DNA of 64,000 nt from Mobula hypostoma (GCF_963921235.1 NC_086097.1:80974001-81038000); one strand, 5' to 3'; counted from the first letter of the stretch, positions 1 through 14,697 are shown. Made by a program: numbers and translations. The notes: generated by a model not told the origin, from the letters alone.

Positions 1-1484
1 GAACTGGCTGTCTTCTTCTCACTTAGTTGGGTGAGACTGTGTCCAGTCTGACTGTCCCTGACCATTTCCTGCTCTGATGCTTTGCCTTAGCGTGAGTTGC
101 ACTACGAATCAGCAATGTATAAGTCTAACCTTCAAGATGCTGCTTCTTCTTTCACTGTTAATAAAATTAAGCATAGGATGAGTATAGAACATTAAATGTA
201 AAATAAGAGATAAGACTTCAGCTTTACTTGTGAGTAAACCTCAGTTAATTAATTCACAAAGATCCAGGTTTTAAAAATTGATGGAATAACATTTCTGTTC
301 AATTCTCATTGGTATATTTGACAAACACCATGTTATAATAAGCCTACCCTACAGTGTAATTCAGTATTTTAAAAGGAACTCGAACAACTAATACTATTGT
401 CATTAAACATTTGTGTGACCTCATTGGAAATAGTTTATAAATATTTAATAACGTAGATCGTGTACTTCAGAGTCAGACATATCATTTATGTCTCAACTGT
501 GAAATAACTTGGTCTGTTCAAAATTACAATATCAGCAATAATTCTTCTAATATTGAAGTATAATTCAGGATTGTAAGTACCACCCTTGCAAGAATTTGCA
601 GTTTCAGAATACTTTTCGGATACTTGTGCACATTACAGCACCTTGCTAGATGCATGATGCTATACAGAAATTTATGCTTTTGCCGTCTATTGATAAGAAA
701 CACTGCACAAAAGGACATTTCTTTCTCAGATAGATGAAGCCTAGTTTAATCATGGAATGACTGAATATTGCGCTATTTTACAGTGAAAAGTGAATTCCTA
801 AGGCCTGATCCTCAATTCAATTTGATTAAATTGCAGCTGATCTGTACTGCAACCTATTTATCCATCTTTGATCAATATATCTCTTGATAAGCTAAACAAG
901 CAAAAATCTATTGACTTCAGTCTCAAATATTACTACTAAATTGATCAGTGACATCAACTTAAATTTGTTCATGATTTCAATCTTGATTACACTTTAAAGT
1001 TCACTTGTACAAATAGAAATATAGTCTACAATGATAGGCTTCACTGAAATATGCTTTAGACTTTTTATTGATTTACCCATTGTATCTTGAATGTTTAATC
1101 TGTGTTGCAGCATTTAAAGCACTGGAAAAATCCAATGATGCTTTTAAAAGGATTGGGATTTTAACAAGAAATTTTCTACACTATGATGTAAGCAGAAGAA
1201 AAGACAAGAATAATCTTGCAATTACCATAGCTTCCATTAGCAGCCTCAAAGTACTTCACAGTCAACTAATTGCATTCAAAATATTGCAAAGTAGGGTAAT
1301 ATGGTAGCCAGCTGTGTGCAGTATGCATAGTCCCATAAGCAGATGAGAAGAGCCCTATTCATCAGACCCTCATGCTCAGTCATAGCCTTAATACAAACCA
1401 CACTGCTGCCAAGGTGCCTGCAGTGGGGAAGTAGCCATCATCTGTCTCCTACTGGGTTGTATATTTCTCAAGGAAGACTTGAAG

Positions 1485-2450
1485 GGGATGGCGCTCAACA
1501 GCGACTCTTTCCAGCTCATCTGCAGAAACCGCTTAATTTCTACTTCTGCAGTCTCTCTTTTTCCTCTTCAGGGTGGATGGGTTCTGTCAGAGACTCTGAC
1601 CTGGACAGACACTCAGACTTCAGTTCTTTGCGGTGGAGGGACACACTCCTGGGGGCTCACAAGCAGCCGCTTTTCAAAATCCCAAGGATTCGGCCTAAAA
1701 GAGCACGCCTTCGGGGTTCCAAGGCTTCATGGCCCTGTGGACAGGCTGACTCTATGCTGGTGGGCTGACTGAAGCGTCACAGGAGAATACGGAACATCAG
1801 AAACAGTCGATCAGTTGTCTGGGGCTCTGTACGTGGTGAATCTCAATACCTCAACATGCCTTTCTCTCTCCTTCTTTCCCTCCCTCCCTCTCTCCCCCTC
1901 TTCCCTTCCGTCCCCCTTTCTGTTTCCCTTCGTTGGGGAAGAGTTTGTTATCGATACTTGAGTTGTAGAACTCTGGGAGGAAAAAAACAACATGGCAGAG
2001 TTCATCATTGCAAATCAATGAGTTGTTTTGTTATGTCTCCCCTCTCACTGTGAAAGGGTGATGCCTCTCTGTCCCTTTATTGGGGGGAGGGGGGAGGAGG
2101 AAGAGAGAGAGAGAGAGACTGTGGTATGTCGAATTGTCAGAGTGAACGATCAGTTTTTGTTGTACTGCAGATCATGGTCTTTATTGGGAGCTTTGCTATT
2201 GCTTGCTTGGTGGATGGAGGGTGCTGATGCTTTTTTTTGCTGAAGTAAGTGGGGGCTGGGGTGGGTTCCTTTGCTGCTATGTGTATGTGGGAGGGGATAG
2301 TAGGTGTGGTGGGGTCTTTTGGGGTTCTAACGTTTTCACTCTCACTCATTTTAGGGCCACTCCTGTTTATGTGGACATCTGCAAAGAACAAGAATTTCAG
2401 GATGCATATTGTATACATTTCTCTGATATTAAATGGAACCACTGAAACTA
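1485..2450 (+). mobile_element. Unclassified non-autonomous interspersed repeat (GATGGCG-initiated, LINE-like 3' tail)
   Basis: GC/CpG-richer block starting GATGGCG, with internal purine/pyrimidine tracts. Ends ...tgtatacatttctctgatattaaatggaacc. No credible ORF. Confidence 0.45.
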
Positions 2451-5400
2451 CTGAATGCAGTGGTCTTCATAGAGATTCATCCCAAATTGATGTGTAACAC
2501 AGATCCCTGTGATCTACGGGTTGTTCCTAGGGATGCACACAGACACAAACATTGACTGCTGCAGGAACTGCCTAGAAGATGGTTCAGAGAGCTTAAACTT
2601 GCTGATCTTTCAGTAAGCACTGCACACTGACCAACTGGTGAGGGATGATATTTGTACCACTGTAAATAACCTCTCATACTTGCTGCTGATGGTATATCTG
2701 TATACTATTGTGAGCAAACATATTAACACAGAGGATAATGATTGATGAATGCATATTGTACAATTGCAAATTTTATGGATAACATACATTTTGGGGAAAA
2801 AGTTATGGGCTCATGAACAAATGCTCAGTTCATTTGTTTTTAGTTGTGCTAGTTAAGGGATAAATTATCAAAATCACTGTGAGAACTTTTTGACTTTAGC
2901 CTTGTGCAATCTGTCACTTTCAATTAATTATATAGATTGGGACATCAGTTTAACAGGTCAGCTGAGCAACGTCATTTCTTCAGTATAGCTCTGAAGCATC
3001 AGTCTTAACTTATATGCTTCAGTGTCTGGAGTGGCGCTGAATCAAAGCACTATTGAGCTACACTGACCATTAGAGGTTCAGAATTTAATAGCAATAAAAT
3101 TTAATACAAGATCAGCTCAACAGTTTTTGTTCATTATTTAATATGTCAGGGCTTTGTGCCAGTGCATGAGAGTGAAGCTGCCTCTGAGTTTATAATTATT
3201 AATCAGAACACCGTGTGATAATTTCAGAAACATCAGTATGAATTTATTTCTTCACTAATTCATTTACCTAAACTTTAAGAACAACTTAAAATAGAAGCAT
3301 TGTTAAAGTATACTTTATTAAAGTACTTCCAGCTTCTGGTCTCATTTTCACTCTTCTTGCGAGACCCTGTATAACAGGGATGCTGTTGGCATTAATATTT
3401 CAACCTCACTTAAAAGTACACTTATACAAAACAGGAACCAGCAATGGTGCAGCTCAATTGCATTACGCTTAGCAACTTTACAGATTCAGTCAAAGTCCTT
3501 TGTGTCTTTTGCGCTGTGCAGAAGCTTTCCTACCTGACCTTTAACTAATTATCCAGCATACCACTGACATGTCATTTTGACTGCTGAGGCCGGTCTGCTT
3601 GCCAGCTGAGCATTTAACAAGGTGATGAAACACAGCTCCAACATCATCATTACTATTCCCCAGCAAAATAGCTCCTGTCAAACTCCCAGCAACCTTCAAG
3701 CATCAATGAAGCTGAGCAATTGTAATGCCATTGTTGAATCACTTTGAAATGGCATGAATTGTCCAGCTTGCCCATCACCACACAGAATGACTTAACAAGA
3801 ACTTACAACATCAACCTTCAAACTGACAAGATATTGGCTTGTCAAGGCACCTGAAGGGAACGTGCCAACTGGATGACACATGACAGACCAGTAAGGAACA
3901 CTGCTCAAAATCAGAAATTGAAAACAAAGTGAAGACAAGGAACTGATATGAAGCAACAGGCCCAAATACAAAACTTGGACAAAAGTGTGGAAACTCATTC
4001 AAACTCCTTCTGTCTTCAACAAGAATTAATCATTTTGTGAAGAAACTGGATTATTTTCTTCATTATTGCCAGGATGCACTGAACCAGGACTTCAAAGACT
4101 TCAAAGAGAGTACCAGGCCTATAGTGATGCAATTCACAGTCCATGCAAGTAGATTACAAGCAAATTTAGCCATACAAACCATCACAGTCAATAGTTAAAA
4201 TTGCAGAAATTCATTTCTAAGACATAAAAATCCCATGCAATAGTACAGGCTGTGCAAGTTACTCATCAACAGTATCAGTAAACCAATGAGCCCTATCATG
4301 AGATATTTTTCGGAAAATGGGTCTTGCTATTCCATGGCACTTGAGGCTATTACTGGATATCCACAAAGTGGAAACTGCTTAGATGGTTGCAACAGATTAT
4401 TGTTGATTGAAAACTGAGTGCTGAGTTAGACACCAGCAAAATCAGTGGCAATGAGAAAACTCTCAGGTGAAAAGGAAGGTTTATATAAGTAATAGGTTTG
4501 GACTCCAAGATGGGAAGTAGGAGACAGAACTTTGGGGATAATGAGTCATCCTGGTAACTGTGCATCAAAAAACACAGTCTTGTATTAAATATCATATGCC
4601 ATCTCACTGAGTTTGAACCTATATTCTGGTAACAACTCTCTGTAGAACAGATGTACAGATGACACACAAACTCTCACATAAATGAGCCAATATCTGGGGC
4701 AATTACCAGGTACACACGTTCCACTAAGTGAAATTATGTCATATCCAACTTCATTACCACTGTTCCACTGCACTATTTAAAAGCATTTCAAGAGAATTTT
4801 TGTCATTTAAGAAGTAATTTTCCCAGAATACCTAAGTCAGCCCTGAAATATGTTGGCACGTATGTTGAGGGAATGAACCTAGAAATATCTGCTCTGCCTT
4901 TGGACATGAGGAATTTCATATTATTTTTAGATGGCAAATTGCTAAAAAGACTAATTGATGCATGGAGACAAAACCAGGGACATTAATTATGCACATCTTG
5001 AGCTTATCTGAAGAAAGAATGGAGAAATGGACAGAGATAGGGGAAAGAAAGAAATGGAGGTTAGAAAGGGTATGCTCAAGGGCCAACAATGGAAAGAACC
5101 TGAAACACTGGGAGCAGAGTAAAGAATGTATCAAGAGAAAGACCAAAAATATTTGATTTATATATCTAACAATTAGCAGCTCAGAGAATGTGATACGACA
5201 CCAGTAATAATCTTTTTTTTTGGTACTAAGGAAGATCTTCAGCACTAATTAACAGTTATCCTGCTGTTTAAAACATAAATACACTTGCAATGCCAAGAGT
5301 TAACTTTCACTAATACATCAATGTTGGAGCAGCCCCTCAAACAGCAACAATTAGGTATTGGTGATCAACCTTGCATTTACGTATGGCTTGAAGTTGCTAT

Positions 5401-6094
5401 AGTAATGACTCTAAATAGCAGTCCATGCCATTAGTGTTTATACTGACAGCAAGATTTGTATGCCATTAGGCATGTAGACAAATACACTGTAAAGTGCTGG
5501 ACTTCTGCACGATGCTCTCCAGGGTGCTGAAAGTTAACAAGGTGAATCTATGAACAATAGAGTTGTCTGAGCAATGAAGCAGAAATCACAGATGGTGTGT
5601 ACTTTTATTTGTGTACAACTCGGTTGAAAAAAAACTGGAAAAAAAACATTGCTTTTGAAAAGCCAGGAATGATAAATAGCTATTTGTCAAATACACAGTT
5701 CTATCTTTGTGCCATTCTGTTATTTTGCAATCGTTGCTGTATTCATTACTGCATTTATCATTACTTTGCGCATTATTTAATTCTGTTTGGCAAGCCATGA
5801 ATCTCATTGCATCCTGGTGTATATGACTATAAATGAATTTGTATATCTGTATCAGTAGCACCTCACTTCTGCTCCAATGAACTTAGTTCATGAGTGACAA
5901 TAAAAGAACTGAATGGTGTCAACAAGATTCTTCAGTTTCAAAAAATGAATAATAAAATTGAAGTAATCCTACTTTTGATTTTAACTCCAACTGAACATTG
6001 TCCATGCTTGGGATCTAGTTTTTGCCTTTGCTGCTCTGCAGTAAGCAGACATAAAAGGCAACTCATGTTATGATTTCATGCCTACACTACTTCA

Positions 6095-6244
<150 letters not shown>

Positions 6245-7194
6245 TCAGATTCAAAAGGCAACATAATTGCCATTTCATGGCTCACAAACAACACTATCAA
6301 GGGAATGGGTATCACAAAAATTAGATCAATGGCCTGCTTCTTTCTCTCTCTTTCCCTGGGAGAAATTTCAATTTGATGAAAAGGAATAGGTCTATGGCAG
6401 TTTGTTACAAAAGCTGCACCAAACCTACTAGGCTAATCCAATGGGGGAAAGAAACTCCACCATTTCAAAGATTCTGCCGCACAATCTCTTTCCCCTGTCA
6501 TTTTATGCATCCAAGCAGAGTCAAGGAAGAAGAAAAATCTGATCTAGCATTGTCTTGGGGATCCAGATCAACCTCTAAAGTTCAGTAATCACTTAAATTC
6601 ACTTCATAGTACTTTATGAAGACCAGCAAGATCCTTGCTTCAACTTGGCTCATCACAGATTGAGCTGAGTTTGGCTAGGCTGCTAACAGATCAGCCAAAT
6701 TACTGAACTAGTGGGCAACAAAATGTGTCCTTCATCATCAGTTAATTCCTATGATCATATAGTGAGGCTTGGTTCTTACCGCAATTAAACCCCTCGTGGC
6801 AGGTACAGAGAGTGTGCCCATTTCAAGGCTACAACATAGCGCAACTGCACCCACTGACCTCAGCACAATGAAATCAGGGTCAAAAGGAAGGAAATAAAAC
6901 TCAATTGTGCAGCCAACTGGAAGTGTTATATATTTCCATCGAAGGTTAAGCTGGCAAAATGTAATGAGCAGCAATGCTAACATAAAAACTGAGTCGGGAT
7001 CAACCTTCCATGGAGATTGAACAGCTGCATAACCTCTTTGCCCTTCAGGAAAATTGGTAGCAACACATAATATCTCTGAATAGTCTCCTGCTTGCAATGT
7101 TTTTCTATTAATCAGATTATATAATGGTTGACATTTTAAGGTGATTCCATTAATTTCACTTCAGTCTCAGTTTCACTTTTCACTCTATTATGTA

Positions 7195-7525
7195 CAGTAC
7201 TGTGTCTTTGGCACATATCATACCTAGGGTGCCTAACACTTCTGCACATTTCTGAACTTGTCACTGTGGCAGGAGCAAGGATATTGGGAATGGTGAGTGT
7301 GGAGTGCTGCAGGATGGCTGTGTGATAGGTGGCACAGAAGGAGTGCCGGGGCGGGGAGTGGCACAGGCACACCCAACCTTGAGACACCGAGCAAGGTAAC
7401 TTGATTCCAAACAGCTGGTTTATTGATCATTACGGAATGTCCCTCTGGTACATCCCGCTTCCTTCCCTCTCCCTTCCCTTTTTTATATATCTCTCTATCT
7501 CTCTCTCTATATCTCTCTCTATATC

Positions 7526-7577
<52 letters not shown>

Positions 7578-7610
7578 CACACACATACCTGAGACCTCTG
7601 CACTGTACTG
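7195..7610 (+). mobile_element. Tc1-derived composite non-autonomous element (mini-hairpin, ~250 bp body, microsatellite, terminal TIR)
   Basis: TA|CAGTACTGTG at the left end, inverted TIR ending about 7254, and a further TIR GCACTGTACTG ending 7610. The body recurs inverted at about 17960-18180. Confidence 0.65.
7484..7586. repeat. Compound (TA)/(TC)/(CA) microsatellite
   Basis: Directly visible. Confidence 0.95.
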
Positions 7611-8784
7611 AATATGTTTAAATCCTGTGCCTAATAACTTGTTATATCCCAAATGGTACTGAAGAATGTCATAGGAAATCAGGAATTAGCCCAGATGATA
7701 TTGTCCACCAATCTTCCCATTAAAGATCAATACTAATTAGGATGTAACCATCTATCTCAGTGTTATCTAGTTAATTTCATTTCCACTTTGAGGCACTGAA
7801 AATAAAGACTCCACAAAATGCCAACCACATAAAGATACAAAGAGAACCACTGCAGACATCAGTTGGACAGTTCAAGAAAAACAGCTTAATTAAAGGGGAC
7901 AACCAATCGAATGGCATATTTCAACATTCCCAGCCTTTGGGCAAGCTGCTTCACTTCAATTATCACCTTATGCATGACTGAGCATTACTGCTGTGGACCC
8001 ATGGCTGGACAAGAGACACACATTCATTTGGATGCTTTCGGGTATTTTCCCTAAGTGCGGATGCTGATGTCGGAGATGGAAATTTGGAACAATGGTGCTG
8101 TGCCACAGCAGGTCACAAGCAGCAAGATAAAGCAGTGAACAGTTCAATTGGTAGCAACCAGATTATAAAATGGTACTGCAATTAGTTCAATGGCTCTCCA
8201 TGATGGAAAGTTTTTACTTTTACGATTTTCTGCATGATTGCGCCACTCAAAGCTGGGGTAATGTCCTAAATATTTCAAGTATTTCTTAAAACTGAAGGAA
8301 ATTTTAAGTTTATTTAAGAGTGCAATTATCAGATTGGATCAATGGGTGAAAAAGCTGATCAATCCAGTTGACGTAAACTAATATGCAAAGTAGAATGGAA
8401 AACAAAAGCATCTTACAACCGTTTATTGACAATGCACTTAGCCTTATTTTGAGCATCAGTCGAAGGTAATACATCATAAGTAAATATAACTAACTGGGTA
8501 TTTATGAGAAAGATACTTGCTTTATGTTGAAGAGGAATTAAGGCATAGTCTTGGCTCTTATGTCTCAATCACTGGCCCTTATGTCTGCTGAGTTGAAATG
8601 AAAGAGGATACAGCTGTGTGCTTTGCTGATGTTCATTGCCAGGGTTCATGTATTTGGCTAGGTGTGTGGAAGAGTTTTTTGTTAAATGTCAATGCCTCCA
8701 GCAAAAGAAAAGGAAAGGGACCCTATGCAGTAAAGTAATGCTTTTCCAATTCACACCTTGGTCAACAGCTTCAATTTACCAAAG

Positions 8785-9015
8785 TCAGAAAAAGGTTTAA
8801 TATCACTGTCATAAGTCATGAAAATATGTTGTTTTACAGCAGCAGTATATTGCAATACATAATTTAAAAACTGTAAATTACTCTCTCTGTATATTATATA
8901 TAATTAATTGATTAAATTAAATAAGTAGTATAAAAAAAAGAACAAAAAAAAAGTTTATTGGCAGCGAGGGTATGTTATTTCCAACCTGCACTGACTGTCG
9001 CCTGCTGATGAGGAA
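8785..9015 (-). mobile_element. Rex1/Babar-like LINE 3' fragment
   Basis: Tail aggtttaatatcactg...acagcagcagtatattgcaatacata is shared with the copies at 27755 and 34105. Confidence 0.55.
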
Positions 9016-9364
9016 ATCAAGGATCCAGTTGCAGATGGAGGCACAGAGGCCTAGGTTTTGGAGCTTGTTGATCATACAGAACTCTTTCTAAACTTCTTCA
9101 TTAGAAAATAATATTATTCCATTTTTGCAAATTGCAACCAACAAAATAATTATGATAAGAAGGCTTTCACACACAAGGAAGATGCTCTACAATCAGGATT
9201 GATCTTTAATCAAGCTGAAGTGCCCCAATTAGGGCAGAATCAAACAGGTTCAATGACAGGAAATGAAAACAAAATGTCCAAGTAAGGGCAAGGATATAAT
9301 GGATAGCATAAAGGGAATATCTCCAACAGGATGAAGCCAGGGTAAGCTGAAGGAGTTGATAAAT

Positions 9365-9510
9365 TGGAGAGAGGGAGAGAGAAAGTGCAGAATGGGGGGG
9401 GGGGAAGAGGTGGAAGGGGGGGTGGAGAAGGGGGGGTGGAGAAGGGGGTGGGAGAAAAAAGTGCAGGAGAGGGAGAGGAGCAGAGTGGAGGGGGGGAGAG
9501 GGGGCGGGGA
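9365..9510 (+). repeat. Purine/G-rich low-complexity tract with G-quadruplex potential
   Basis: Many G runs (G3 to G11) separated by short loops. Confidence 0.8.
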
Positions 9511-10349
9511 AATTGTTTATGCAAGAGTATTTTTTCCATACTAAATTCAGGATTCATCTATAATACTACACCAAATTCACTAAAAGAGAATTTCACAGTA
9601 GATCAGCAAACCCTAAGTGTGTGAATTGACAAAATATTGCCATACAGAATTGTCTACACAAAGCAAAGCCCTAGCTGACAAAGAAGTTAGATCCCAAGAA
9701 TAATTTGTTCACACGTCCAGACCACCAAGCTCATGCTTCCAGAGTTTACAATGATATCAGTTATCAGAAATAGTATTGAAAGAAATACCACATTTAAACC
9801 TGGGATTTAGGGCCTGCTTGCGGTGAATTACAAAATAGTAATCAATATGAAGCTCCACAGGACATCAGAAACTGTAACACTGAAGACTGGAAAGATTCAC
9901 AGGACATGGACTGAATTGCTAGCTCAAATCCATCTGGAAAACTCGTCTTCTCATGCAGGTGAACCAAAAGGTATTTTTGCTTCATAAGTGTCTGTTTGCT
10001 TTATGTTGCTGTTTGAAGAATTTTAAGTCTGATATGGGCCCTCAATCCTAATTCAGGGTCTGAGATGGATTGCACAAGGATCTGCATTGCAAAGAATTGT
10101 GGAACAATGGAATGCAAAGGATTCTCAACACTGTCAAAATCTGCAGTGATTTTTTTTTACATTTATGCATGTGTAATTGGTTGAAATTGCGCAAACCACT
10201 CTGAAATTGGCACTTTTCTAATGTAACATCTTATTGAGATGGATGAACACTGTTTTTCTTTGTCTTAACAGGGCTTTTAGTGACTTTGACAAGCCGCCAG
10301 CATAACAGAAACAAAATGTTTACACCAGTAACGAGTGTGGAGTCCTTAC

Positions 10350-10512
10350 CTGTGCTGGTCACCCAGGTTCTCAAGTAATACATCTGCCTGCTTTTGTGCT
10401 TCATCGCCTTCGAGTTTTTTCACTTTCTTGACTTCACTCTGCACGAAGAACCAAAGCTCTTTCAGTCCATTTTCAATCTTACGCCTTAGCTCCTCGTGTT
10501 TTTTCCCAGGAC
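10350..10512 (-). CDS. FUT8: FUT8 internal coding exon (coiled-coil region), 163 nt
   Basis: Acceptor tgtggcag|GT and donor CACAG|gtaagg. Translates (G)[53 protein letters not shown](R), in frame with the preceding exon. Matches the FUT8 [22 protein letters not shown] segment. Confidence 0.97.
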
Positions 10513-10709
10513 CTGCCACATAAGTAACACAACAGTGAGCTGAGAAATTCTAATCAATTTATTTCATTAGCTCATTCTCTTTAAATAAAAGGTCTGACTT
10601 GAGGTATACGATCAGCTGAATTAAAAAAAAATATATATTTAACTAGTTGTGATCCGGTTGCATTAAATTAAATCAAATAATATTTATTATTGGCATATGA
10701 TAATAGTTT

Positions 10710-11850
10710 ACAATGGAGGTAGAGCAGTAGCTATAGTGTATGCGAATTTTAGTGGGGAGTTTGGCTAGGCTCCCCATTGTAGGCTTATTCAGAAAGTCAG
10801 GAGGCATGGGATCCAGGGAAACTCAACTGTGTAGATTCAAAATTGGCTTGTGCAAAGAAGGCAGACTGTGGTAGGAAATGGAGCATATTCTGCCTGGACG
10901 TCAGTGTCCAGCAGGGTTCCACAGGAAACTCTGCTTTTTGTGACGTTGATAAATGACTTGGATGAGAAAGTGGAGTAGTGGGTTCGTAAGTTTGTAGATG
11001 ACACTAAGTTTGATCATGTTGTGGATAGTGTAGAAGGTTGCTGTAGGTTACAACAGGACATTGACAGGATGCAGAGCTGGGCAGATGGAGTTTAATCTGG
11101 AAAAGTGTGAAGTGATACACTTTGGAAGGTTGAACTTGAAGACAGAGTACAGGGTTAATGGCAGGAATCTTAGTAGTGTGGAACAGAGGGATCTTGGGGT
11201 TCACGTCTACAGATCTGTCGAAGTTGCTGAACAAGCTGAAGAAGACATTGGCCTTTATTAGTCAGGGAATTGGATTCAAGAGCTGCAAGATAATGTTGAA
11301 GCTCCAGAAAAATTTGGTTAGACCACACTTGAAGCATTGTGTTTAGCTCTGCTGCTGCATTCATTATAGGAAGGATGTGGAAGCTTTAGAGAGGGTGCAG
11401 AGGAGATTTATCAGGATGCTTCCTAGATTAGAGAACGTGTCTTGTGTGGGGAGGTTAAGTAAGCTAGAGGATGAGAGGTGACTTGATAGAGGTGTACAAG
11501 ATGTTAAGAAGCATAGATAAAGTGGTCAACTAGTACCTCCCCTCCCCCCCAGAGTAGAAATGATGAATAAGAGAGGGCATAATTTAAAGGTATTTAGAGG
11601 AAAGTACAGGAAGATATTAGAGGTAGGTGTTTTTTTCAAACACACAGAGAATGGAATGTGTGGAATGCACTCCCACTGGTGGTTGTAGAGGCAGATATAT
11701 TAGGGAAATTTAAGGAACTTGTAGATAGGCACATGGATGAAAGAAAATTGGAGGGCTATGCGAGAGGGAAGCAAGGCTTCCCTGATTGATGTTAGCGTAT
11801 GTTAAAAGATCGACAAAACATGGATTGAAGGGCTGTACTATTCTGCATAT
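10710..11850 (+). mobile_element. Decayed CR1 LINE (RT C-terminus and 3' UTR)
   Basis: Frame-disrupted ORF2 motifs QMEFNLEKCEVIHFG, EQRDLGV, LVRPHL and LERVQRRF. Confidence 0.9.
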
Positions 11851-11984
11851 GTCCTATATTCAAATAAAATTTAGATTAAAATCACTTGAAATTTGAACTA
11901 TACAGAAGAATCATTTTTAAGATTGCTTAATCTTGGAAAACACAGGGCAGGAATCTGAAAAAATATTCAGCTATACAGTAGAAA

Positions 11985-14340
11985 GAGTTAAAGAGGCGAT
12001 AGTGGATATGATATTGGACCGCTGAAAAATCATGCAGGAGAATTGGTAATAGGGAACAAAGAAATGATGGACAAACTTAATAAGCATTTTGTGTCAGTCT
12101 TCACTGTGGAAGACACTAGCAGAATACCAGTAATTCAAGGGTATCAGGGGTAGAAGTGAGTGTAGTTACTATTACTAGGGAGAAAGTGCGTGCGAAGCTG
12201 AAAAGTCTGAGGGAGATAACTTGCCTGGACCAGATGGACTACACCCCCTGGTTCTGAAAGAAGTAGCTGAAGAGATTATGAAAACATTAGTAATGATCTC
12301 TCAAGAATTACGAGTGTTACAAACCCACAGGTTTTGTTTACTGTGGACTGTCGCTTTAAGCGCCTAAGTGAGGTGGGACAATGACATCAGTCATGGGGGG
12401 GGAAGAGGGGGACAGGGAAAAGAGAGGGACAGGGGAAAGAGAGGGACACACACACACAGGGCAAGCTAGTAGCTCCAGCTTGTCGCAGCTGAGGCTTGGA
12501 ACTCTCCTATCCACAAGAGTGGGTTAAACATCGGCACATGGTGCACAACGAATGTGTGAATGCCACTTTGTATGATCCACAGGAGTCGATTTTGGGGATA
12601 TCTTGTGGACCACTTGTGTAGCCCTTGCCTGGGTATGTTGTGTGGTAACCACTGGAAGATGATATTCCTGTGACGGGTCACTTTCGGTGATAATTCGTAT
12701 GTGGATTTGGAACAACACAACGGACAAGATCTACGGTGACTGTTATCTCGTTTTACCAGCGTGGAACCTGTGGAATACTTCATATTTACCTTCTCTCTCC
12801 ATTACGTGGATTACAAATATCTCTCTCTCCCATTATTTATCTCGTGGATTACTGAACTTTCCTACTTTACCATCTCAAGACTCTAAGCCTTGTTCCCCCA
12901 AGCTCAATAGTCTGAGAGTTATATTTACAGACATATATACACCTAACACTGTAAACTTTTGTTAATCTTGGTTGAGTTACTATATTATAAGTAGATACTA
13001 ATAAAGCGAGTGGTTTTAACATTAAAACCCGACTCAGTGTGAAATCTCTTGCTGCTGGTTTGTTTCTAAAATGTTACAGTTCGTAACACTAGATCCTGGC
13101 ATGGTTCCAGAGGACTGGAAAATTGCAAATGTCACCCCATTCTTTAAGAAGAGAGGGAGGCAGAAGAAAGAAAATTATAGGCTGGTTGGCCTGAGTTCAG
13201 TGGTTGGGAAGATGTTGGAGTCCATTATTAAGGATGAGTACTTGGAAGCACACGTAGGCCAAAGTCAGCATGGCTTCCTTATGGGGAAATCTTCCCTGAC
13301 AAATCAATTGGAGTTCTTTGAGGCAGGATAGACAAAGGAGAGTCAGTGCATGTTCTTTATTTGGATTTTCAGAAGGCCTTTGACAATGTGCCACACATGA
13401 GGTTGCTTAACAAGATATGAGCTCATGATATTACAGGAAATACACTAACATGAAGAAAGGATTGGCTGACTGACAGCTGGCAAAGAGTTGGAATAAAGGG
13501 GATCTATTCTGGGTGGTTGTCATAACCAGTGGCTTTCAGAAGGGTTTGGTATTGGGATCTCTTCCTTTCATGGTATCCGTCAACGATTTAGATAACAAAA
13601 TTGATGGCTTTGTGGCCAATTTGCAGGTGTTACAAAGATAGGTGGAAGGCCAGATAGTATGAGGAAGCAGGAAGTCTGCCGAAGGACTTGGACAGATTAT
13701 GAGAAATGGCAAAGAAGTGGCAGTGGAATATAGTGTAGGGAAGTGTATGGTCATGCACTTTGGTAGAAGGTATAGAGGCACAGACTGTGTTATAACCGGG
13801 GAGAAAATTCATAAATCAGAGGTGCAAAGTGACTTGGCAGTCCTTGCGCAGGATTCCTTAGAGGTTAACTTGCAGCTTGAGTCTGTGATAAGGATGGCAA
13901 GTGCAATGTTAGCATTCATTTTGAGAGCACTGGAATACAAGAACTAGGATGAAATGCTGAGATTTTATAAGGCATTGGCCAGATAACACTTGGAGTATTG
14001 CGAGCTGTTTTGGGGCCCTTATTTCAGAAAAAATGTGCTGGTATTGGAGAGGGTCCAGAGGTGTTTCACGAGAATGATTCAGGGAATGAAAGCTCTGAGC
14101 CTGTACTTGCTGGAGTTTGAAGAATGGGGTGGGGGGTGGGGGGTTCTCACTTAAATCTATTGAATATTGAAAGACCTATATAGAGTGGATGTGAAGAGGA
14201 TGTTTCCTATAGAGGATGAGTCAGGACAAAAGGGGAAAGAGTCAGGATAGAGGGACATCATTGCCACGGATGGCTGTGGCAGCCACGTCATTGAGTCTAT
14301 TTAAAGCAAAGGTTGATATGTTCTTGGTCAAAGATTATGA
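11985..14340 (+). mobile_element. Decayed CR1 LINE interrupted by a solo LTR
   Basis: Motifs VPEDWKIANVTPFFKK, ENYRLVGLSSVVGKMLE, SQHGF and KCMVMHFG. The sequence resumes colinearly after 13088. Confidence 0.9.
12315..13088 (+). mobile_element. Solo LTR, 774 bp, Gypsy-like (4-bp TSD)
   Basis: Inverted termini TGTTACAAA...TTCGTAACA. Flanks CGAG and CTAG (one mismatch). AATAAA at 13000-13005. Confidence 0.85.
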
Positions 14341-14662
14341 GTAGATCTTACATATTTATTGGTGTTCATGTGATCGTCATAGGTAGTCCCTCCCTCAACA
14401 AGTTCCACGCTTACATAGGTTGACAAGCAGACAAAATGTTTTGTTATGCTTATTGTTAGCCTTTAAGTAATTCATAACTCAATTTTAAACTTTGAGAACG
14501 TAATTCGCCCTGTTACAAATACTGTCCCCACTGGGAAATGTATATCAAGGTCTTTGCCAGGCATTATGGAAGTGAGGGAAGCACCAACATCTCGACGGCA
14601 AGAAGCTATAACTCAAAAGTGTACAGCATGTCTAGTAAATTATACAATGCAGCCATCCTCTT

Positions 14663-14697
14663 CGTGTAGTGGAGCTTACCGTGTAGTGGAGCTTACC
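14663..14697. repeat. 17-bp tandem duplication (cgtgtagtggagcttac x2)
   Basis: Directly visible. Confidence 0.9.

Noticed and set aside
1343..2497. Cluster of overlapping ORFs of 65-141 aa
   Set aside because: They lie in a GC-richer repeat with low-complexity tracts and show no recognisable domain or splice structure.
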